Assembly (NCBI GenBank): GCA_002009975.1
Contig: MTLP01000015.1
Span: 1 to 22,514 of the forward strand
Length of the DNA stretch: 22,514 nt
From: Thermococcus sp. JdFR-02
GTDB taxonomy: Archaea > Methanobacteriota_B > Thermococci > Thermococcales > Thermococcaceae
Reading direction: 5' to 3'
The notes under the pieces are model-generated. The model worked only from the letters and a program-made list of their open reading frames with translations. It had not been told where the DNA came from and made no database searches. A program made the translations under genes and the position numbers. Of the stretch, positions 17,338-22,514 are shown piece by piece (within the stretch, counting starts at the first letter, position 1; each line of letters begins with the position of its first letter).

Positions 17338-18760
17338 ACTTAAACTCGTACTTTTCGCCGTTCAGGTATATCGCTGAGGTCAGGTTCTTCGCTTTAATGC
17401 TTACACCTGACTTAAAGAAAATAGCGCCCTTTCTCGTGGCGCCCGGGTAGAGAACGTCCAGGTTTAGCTGGTCTGGATGCGCAACCCACCTTCCAGCGGC
17501 ATCCTTAATCTTAACATAGGTGTAGTCATAGGTGTTGCCCAAGTCGTCTATGAGCACGGGGTTGTAGGGGGTGAATTGAAATTTGACTTCCTTTTCGCCC
17601 ACGTTCTTTACTTCTATGTCCACGCGGGAGTACGTCTCTTCCAGAGTATCTTTGACGACTTCGACATATACCATACCGTAAAATCTCTTTAGCGTGACCT
17701 CTAAATTGCCCGCCCTAATAGTGTCACCAATGGTGTAAATCTTCTCTTTTTCTTCTTCTGAGGTAGCGTTAATGGTGAAGTAGACGGTTTGAGAGGTGGC
17801 GTTGCCCTGGGTATTGTTGGCTAAGAGTGTTAAGCTGTGCAAACCATTGCTCAAATCTCTTACCACGACTATGTTGTTTACAAGAATAGAGGAACCAGCG
17901 ACTTTTAGGACAAGTTCATCATAAATCTTGTTTTTATTTTGCAGAGGATAGGTTAACCACTCTTTATCATTAATTTTTACTTTTGCATTTCCGTTTTCAA
18001 AGTATATTTCAATGTTATATGGCTTGTTGTATGTTATTTCAACAGGAGCTTTTGTTTGAGTCCATTTCCAGACACCTTTTTCAGTCTGCCCTACGAAACC
18101 TCCTGAAGGTGCATAACTGGAATCGTAGGGGTAAACTTGAAATTTCAGTGCATCGCCTGTTTTGCTGACTAAGTAAATGCCAAAATATGGGCTGGAAGCT
18201 GACTTCTCTAAGAATGTAAATTCTGCAGTGTATCTATAGTTAAAGGAGAAGTTTCCAGTTTTTCTCCATTCTTTCAGTTCCTCTGGTACTTCTCCAATCA
18301 AAACTGGTGCTAGATAACTATCCACCTCCGCTATGTACCCGTCGTGAGGTATGGAGATGTTCTCCCCACCGTCGATTGAAAGCAATACGGTGTCGAGGTA
18401 AGGACCGTAAACCCTAAATCTCACTGGTGGAAGAGAGGTGGTATAGGTATCGTTCTTGGGTTCGTAGAGCACGATTCTAGGTGGGGGTACATTACCGCTG
18501 GGGGCTTGCTCTTCTGGCACCTTCTCAGGTGCTTTCATCTCCGCAGGTGGAGGTGAGGTTTGTGGGGCAGTTTTCTGCTCAGCCACTTTCTGGGGCGCTT
18601 GGGTTGCAGGTGCCTGCTCCGCCTTCTCGCCCCCTGGCAAAGAGGAGAACAGCAGGAAGGCGAAGATTAAAATCACAAGCGCTATACCGAAAAGCTCCGG
18701 GCTGCTTCGCCTCGCAATCTTTTCCCTAATCTTTTTTCTCCTCTCCTCTAATTCGTTCAA
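17324..18760 (-). CDS. Membrane-anchored surface protein: TM, P/A/Q linker, Ig-like domain with inserted beta domain, C-terminal DUF4352-like domain
   Basis: TM FGIALVILIFAFLLF; Ig-like PRIVLYEPKNDTY...GLHSLTLLANNTQGN...VYFTI; tail IGDTIRAGNLEVT...VKNVG...LIDDLGNTY...LYPGATRKGAIFF. TTG 18760 has a GGGGG RBS; the ORF is open from 18799. Confidence 0.8.
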   Translation of the reverse strand: MNELEERRKKIREKIARRSSPELFGIALVILIFAFLLFSSLPGGEKAEQAPATQAPQKVAEQKTAPQTSPPPAEMKAPEKVPEEQAPSGNVPPPRIVLYEPKNDTYTTSLPPVRFRVYGPYLDTVLLSIDGGENISIPHDGYIAEVDSYLAPVLIGEVPEELKEWRKTGNFSFNYRYTAEFTFLEKSASSPYFGIYLVSKTGDALKFQVYPYDSSYAPSGGFVGQTEKGVWKWTQTKAPVEITYNKPYNIEIYFENGNAKVKINDKEWLTYPLQNKNKIYDELVLKVAGSSILVNNIVVVRDLSNGLHSLTLLANNTQGNATSQTVYFTINATSEEEKEKIYTIGDTIRAGNLEVTLKRFYGMVYVEVVKDTLEETYSRVDIEVKNVGEKEVKFQFTPYNPVLIDDLGNTYDYTYVKIKDAAGRWVAHPDQLNLDVLYPGATRKGAIFFKSGVSIKAKNLTSAIYLNGEKYEFKFKRW

Positions 18761-18800
18761 GGCTACGCCCCCGTCTATGTCCACAATAAAGATGCGCAAT

Positions 18801-18820
18801 CAAAGTATATATAATTATAT
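18801..18820. promoter_or_regulatory. Probable bidirectional TATA region between divergent genes
   Basis: CAAAGTATATATAATTATAT is the only AT-rich element in the 82-bp gap between starts 18760 (-) and 18843 (+). Confidence 0.55.
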
Positions 18821-18842
18821 CAATTGAGGTGTAGTTTAGGCT

Positions 18843-19892
18843 ATGATAGAAAGGGAGGAGCTGGTAAGGGGGCTGGTGGTGGTATCCTTTCTCGCGCTCC
18901 TTCTCAGGTACAGGGGCAGCGAGGATGCGAGGACGGCTATAGTCTTTGCCTTTTACTTTCTGGCTGCGCTCATATACAGGATAGACCCCCGCTACCCTGT
19001 GCTTGCTGCAATAGGCTCCCTTGTGCTTGCGGCAATACTTCTCGCACAGCAGAAGGAAGCCCTCGCCAATAGGGTTGCGGTCTATGCCTACTACTTCCTG
19101 GTGGTGGGCGTGCTTTTGAATCTGGTGGATTACCTGAGGGAGGGTAGAGAGGAGGAGTTTGTGCCCGAGGGGGAGCTCAAAAATAAGGTTCTCGCCATAA
19201 CCTCCGGCAAGGGTGGTGTTGGCAAAACAACGCTAGCGAGCAACCTTGCTGTTGCTCTTGCGAAGCTGAAAAAGAGGGTAATCGTAATTGACCTTGACCT
19301 GGCGATGCCCAACCTGGATATAGCCATGGGCGTTGAATGCAGAGGGCTAGAGGAAGCCCTGAAAGAGGGGAAGGGCATAGAGGAGGTCGTGGTGAGAAAT
19401 CTTGGGTGCGATATACTGGCAACGCTGCCCATAAAAGATGGATACAAAGACAGGGGGATGCTGGAAAAAATTAAGGAGGTAATAGGTGAGATAAGTCAGA
19501 GGTATGAGGTGGTGGTGCTTGACTTTCCGCCTGGCGTCGAAGCCCTCGATGTTATTGACAGCGATACGCAAGTGCTGATAGTTGCCAACCCCGAGAAGCT
19601 TTCCATCGCCGACGCTTACAACGTTAAGAGGGCGCTTGAAGGCAGGGCGAGGGTTCTCGGAGTGGTTATAAACAAAGCCAACGGTGCTGATGTAGAGGCG
19701 GTAGAGGAGATGCTCTCATTGCCTGTTTTAGCTGTGCTGCCGGATGAAGAGAGGGTTAGGGAAGCCCTTGAGGCAGAGACGCCTCTGGTTGCAAAAGATG
19801 AGGAATGCGAATTCTCGAGGGAGGTGGAGGAGCTTGTGAAGTTTCTGATAAAATACTGGGAGAGGGGGGAAGGCAGGGGTGAAGCTGGGTGA
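18843..19892 (+). CDS. MinD/ParA-family ATPase fused to an N-terminal ~4-TM membrane domain
   Basis: aa 1-100 are hydrophobic helices ending ANRVAVYAYYFLVVGVLLNLVDY. Then come the deviant Walker A SGKGGVGKTT, IDLDLAMPNL, LDFPPG and GVVINK. GAGGTG RBS. Confidence 0.88.
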   Translation: MIEREELVRGLVVVSFLALLLRYRGSEDARTAIVFAFYFLAALIYRIDPRYPVLAAIGSLVLAAILLAQQKEALANRVAVYAYYFLVVGVLLNLVDYLREGREEEFVPEGELKNKVLAITSGKGGVGKTTLASNLAVALAKLKKRVIVIDLDLAMPNLDIAMGVECRGLEEALKEGKGIEEVVVRNLGCDILATLPIKDGYKDRGMLEKIKEVIGEISQRYEVVVLDFPPGVEALDVIDSDTQVLIVANPEKLSIADAYNVKRALEGRARVLGVVINKANGADVEAVEEMLSLPVLAVLPDEERVREALEAETPLVAKDEECEFSREVEELVKFLIKYWERGEGRGEAG

Positions 19893-21406
19893 GGTACGCC
19901 CTTCTTTTAGCGGCGCTCATCTACTTTCTGACCCTCGGGGAATTTCTCCTCTCGCCCGGCACGCTTATATACTTGGACCACGTCCCAAGCCTCTATCCCG
20001 AGAAGTACTTCGCCATTGTCTTAAGCGGGGCAAACATCTGGGGCGCCGCCTCGCTTGCAAGCCTGCCCTTCTGGGTGCTGTTTACCCTCGCCTCAAAAAT
20101 ACTCTCACCCTTCCTATTTCTTGAATTGTTCTGGCTGGCGTGCTTCCTTATAGGTAGCGCTTTCCTATTCAAAAGTCTCGAAACCAGGCGAGAATGTAAG
20201 TACCTTGGCGTGCTCCTTCTCCTCTTCAACCCATTCATGTACCTCAGAATAACCGCCGCCGGGCAGCTGGGCATGGTGATCTCAGCAGCGCTGGCGCCGG
20301 CGTTTCTCTACTTTCTCTTCAGCTACTACAGAGCGCCCAGCAGAGGAGGTGCCCTCAAGCTTGCCCTTGCGTATACCCTCGCGTCGATGTTCCAGGCTCA
20401 CTTCTTTATACTCAACGCTGTGATATTCATCCTCTACTCGGGCATTTTAGCCGTAAGAAAAGAGACTGGCGTGAAGGAAATAGGCGTCGCCTCCCTCGCG
20501 CTCCTGCTTGTAAACCTCTACTGGGTAGCTTTCATCCCTATTCTCAAGCCCGTTGCAATCGCCGGGGTAACCCAGGAGCAAATGGAATTCTTCTATCCAA
20601 AGCCTTCCCTTGACCTGAACGGAGCGACGAAGCTTGCAGGCTTATATGGCTTCTGGAGGGAGGCTGCGGTTGAAAAAATATACGATGAGGTGCCCTTCTA
20701 CGCCTTCTTGGGGTTTGTCTCCCTGCTCATCTACTTCTCCATCCACGGCTTTCTGAGCGCGCCCAGAGAAAGTAGAAATATCCTCTTCATTATTTTGATT
20801 TTTCTCGGCATAATCCTTGCCCTCTCCTCTTCATACCTTGAGCTCAAGCCCTTCAGGGACAGCCATAAGTTTGCCTACTTCACCCTGCTCGGCTACACTT
20901 ATCTAATACCCCGTGGGGTGGAGGCGCATAAAAGGCTGAAGCTTCTCCTCCTCATGGTAGTTGCGGTGCTGCTCTACTTCAACCACATGCAGATATTCCT
21001 AGCCGGGCAGCTCAACCCAATAAATTACCCTGAAGAGTACAAAGAGGCTGGCAAAGCCTTGAACCACATAGAGGGAGAAGTGCTCTATCTGCCCTGGAAG
21101 CAGTACATGACATACAACTGGTCGCTGAGAGCAGGGCTGGACGGAAGGATAGGGAACCCGATAAACGCGGTTACCAAGAAGATGGTAATAACCGGCTGCG
21201 ACCCTGCTCACGACTTCTGCATGGAGACGCAAGCGCAAAGCAAAATAAGAGCATGTCTGCAAAATAAAAGCATACCCTGCCTGAAGAATCTCAACGTTAC
21301 TCACGTAATTATCGACTCCTGCGCATTTGTACCGGAGGATGATTCCTGGGTTGAGGGGAGGGAGGTGTTTAACAAAGGGTGCATCAGAATTTTAAAGCTA
21401 CTGTGA
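19889..21406 (+). CDS. GT-C-like multipass membrane protein (Rv0226c-like / short DUF3367-like)
   Basis: LLSPGTLIYLD, FNPFMYLR..AGQ, NLYW, GLYGFW, FRDSHKF, YPEEY and VLYLPW motifs; GTGA coupling to the ATPase gene; motif order is collinear with ORF 14155. Confidence 0.75.
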   Translation: MRYALLLAALIYFLTLGEFLLSPGTLIYLDHVPSLYPEKYFAIVLSGANIWGAASLASLPFWVLFTLASKILSPFLFLELFWLACFLIGSAFLFKSLETRRECKYLGVLLLLFNPFMYLRITAAGQLGMVISAALAPAFLYFLFSYYRAPSRGGALKLALAYTLASMFQAHFFILNAVIFILYSGILAVRKETGVKEIGVASLALLLVNLYWVAFIPILKPVAIAGVTQEQMEFFYPKPSLDLNGATKLAGLYGFWREAAVEKIYDEVPFYAFLGFVSLLIYFSIHGFLSAPRESRNILFIILIFLGIILALSSSYLELKPFRDSHKFAYFTLLGYTYLIPRGVEAHKRLKLLLLMVVAVLLYFNHMQIFLAGQLNPINYPEEYKEAGKALNHIEGEVLYLPWKQYMTYNWSLRAGLDGRIGNPINAVTKKMVITGCDPAHDFCMETQAQSKIRACLQNKSIPCLKNLNVTHVIIDSCAFVPEDDSWVEGREVFNKGCIRILKLL

Positions 21407-21559
21407 AAGTCCAACACAGCTAGGGTGTGTCTCTGCTGATTTTTTAAACTACCACTCGCTTTCGCAAGGATACTTCCCGCACCAAGGTTAAAACAGCTCA
21501 GAGGGTGTTAGGAAGTCTTGCTTAAATCCTGCTCACTATTCGAGAAGCTCCTCTTTTAT

Positions 21560-21760
21560 TCATTCATGCTCATGCAGATTTATTTCCGGGATCGGAATTC
21601 CTCTGGCGGTCCTTATAAGTATCCACCCTTCCGGTGCTTCTTCCAGCTCTCTTCTGCATACATCGATGGTTTCAGCGCAGGTGTACACACTTCTTAGCTC
21701 AGGAATCTCTCCGAAGTACTTTTTGCTCTCAGGCAAAACCTTGTATTTTGCTATTCTCAT
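21560..21760 (-). pseudogene. hicB: HicB-family antitoxin, apparently 5'-damaged and orphan
   Basis: YFGEIPELRSVYTCAETIDVCRRELEEAPEGWI...GIPIP is HicB-like. An in-frame TAA lies three codons upstream of the ATG (FQY*GVMRIAKY). No hicA is recognisable. Confidence 0.65.
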
Positions 21761-21849
21761 TACGCCTTAATACTGAAAAATAAAGAGGTGGAGCACCTCA
21801 GCAGTACTCCACCCTGTAGAGAATTTTATTCCTTTTCAGCACCCTCTCA

Positions 21850-22226
21850 ATGTGCTCCCTTACACTCTCTGCAATGCATAACTGCATGATGAGCGTCTTG
21901 GTACTATTTGGCTGGGTCTTCTTTATTATGCACTTAATAGACCCTAATTATCCTGAGTTTGCAACTTTTACAAAAATGATAGCCCCCTCTCCAGGCTATT
22001 TTTCACTCTTGCCCAATTTTATGCCATGCTAACCAAATTCCAGGTGACAGACAGAGGGATAAGAATTAAGCGTTTTATTGGCGGCTCTGTTTTAATACCA
22101 TGGGAAGATATTAAAAGAATTGAGAAGGGGATCCTGAGGGTGCCTGAACGCTACTCAAGCTGGGATGGGCTGGGAGTTAGAGCAGAAATGCATCGCTACC
22201 TTTATCTAACCACACGCATATTCTAA
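21850..22226 (+). pseudogene. Frameshifted membrane protein with PH-like domain
   Basis: ORF 21850 (TM) and ORF 22026 (FQVTDRGIRIKRF...IPWEDIKRI) join via one added base at the C-run near 21983-21987 (KMIAP/LSRLFFTLAQFYAMLTK). Confidence 0.5.
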
Positions 22227-22230
22227 GGCG

Positions 22231-22514
22231 ATGAAAATCCTCCACCGTAACCTGAAGGAGGGTAAGTTCAAGCTTCGCCCCGAGAGCATCGACGACCTGT
22301 GGTACCTCAAGAGCATCATAGAGGAGGGTGATGCGGTATACGGCGTTGCGTATCGCAGGGTGCGCGACGAGGAGCGCGTGCGCGCCGATAAGGGCGAGCG
22401 GGTACGCATGTTTTTAGGGATTAAAGTAAAGCAGGTGGAGTTCGCGCCCTATGCGATGCGCCTGCGCATTACTGGTGAGGTCTTCTCAGGCCCAGAAGAT
22501 TTAATCTCCTTTGG
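22231..22514 (+). CDS. pelA: Pelota / mRNA surveillance protein, 5' part (runs off the window)
   Basis: MKILHRNLKEGKFKLRPESIDDLWYLKSIIEEGDAVYGVAYRRVRDEERVRADKGERVRMFLGIKVKQVEF...RLRITG, containing the pelota PE..DDLW.L..II..GD and RLR..G motifs. Confidence 0.95.
   Translation, partial: MKILHRNLKEGKFKLRPESIDDLWYLKSIIEEGDAVYGVAYRRVRDEERVRADKGERVRMFLGIKVKQVEFAPYAMRLRITGEVFSGPEDLISF

Noticed and set aside
18843-19892. Calling the ATPase a BY-kinase (Wzc/CpsD) or the cell-division MinD
   Set aside because: It has the signature Lys and no Tyr cluster, unlike BY-kinases; the TM fusion and gene context do not support a division role.
1-22514. tRNA/rRNA genes, integrase, provirus or defence-system genes
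   Set aside because: None recognised by eye; a tRNAscan-SE/Infernal run would be needed to exclude small RNAs.

Overview
Archaeal (probably euryarchaeal) DNA, judged from BRE/TATA promoters, a PGF-pre-PGF surface protein and pelota. The window is bounded by the 5' ends of grpE (minus strand, left edge) and pelota (plus strand, right edge). Between them lies a cell-surface glycosylation locus: a sequon-rich surface protein, a flippase, a polyprenyl-P-sugar-synthase-like GT2, GT4/GT2 enzymes, an FkbM methyltransferase, AlkP-superfamily phosphodiesterase genes, two GT-C-like multipass membrane proteins, a membrane-anchored MinD-type ATPase and a divergently transcribed Ig-like/DUF4352 surface protein. 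A low-GC cassette (about 8490-16270) carries the variable tailoring genes and a decayed IS481. Several pseudogenes and toxin-antitoxin remnants surround the locus. The best candidate for an undescribed system is the conserved core (GT4 at 7420, GT-C-like proteins at 14155 and 19889). By my recollection of their motifs, these resemble the actinobacterial Rv0225 / AftD / Rv0226c envelope module, here in an archaeon and coupled to a TM-MinD fusion. A Phr-type heat-shock operator sits upstream of grpE. All family assignments come from motif reading without database searches.
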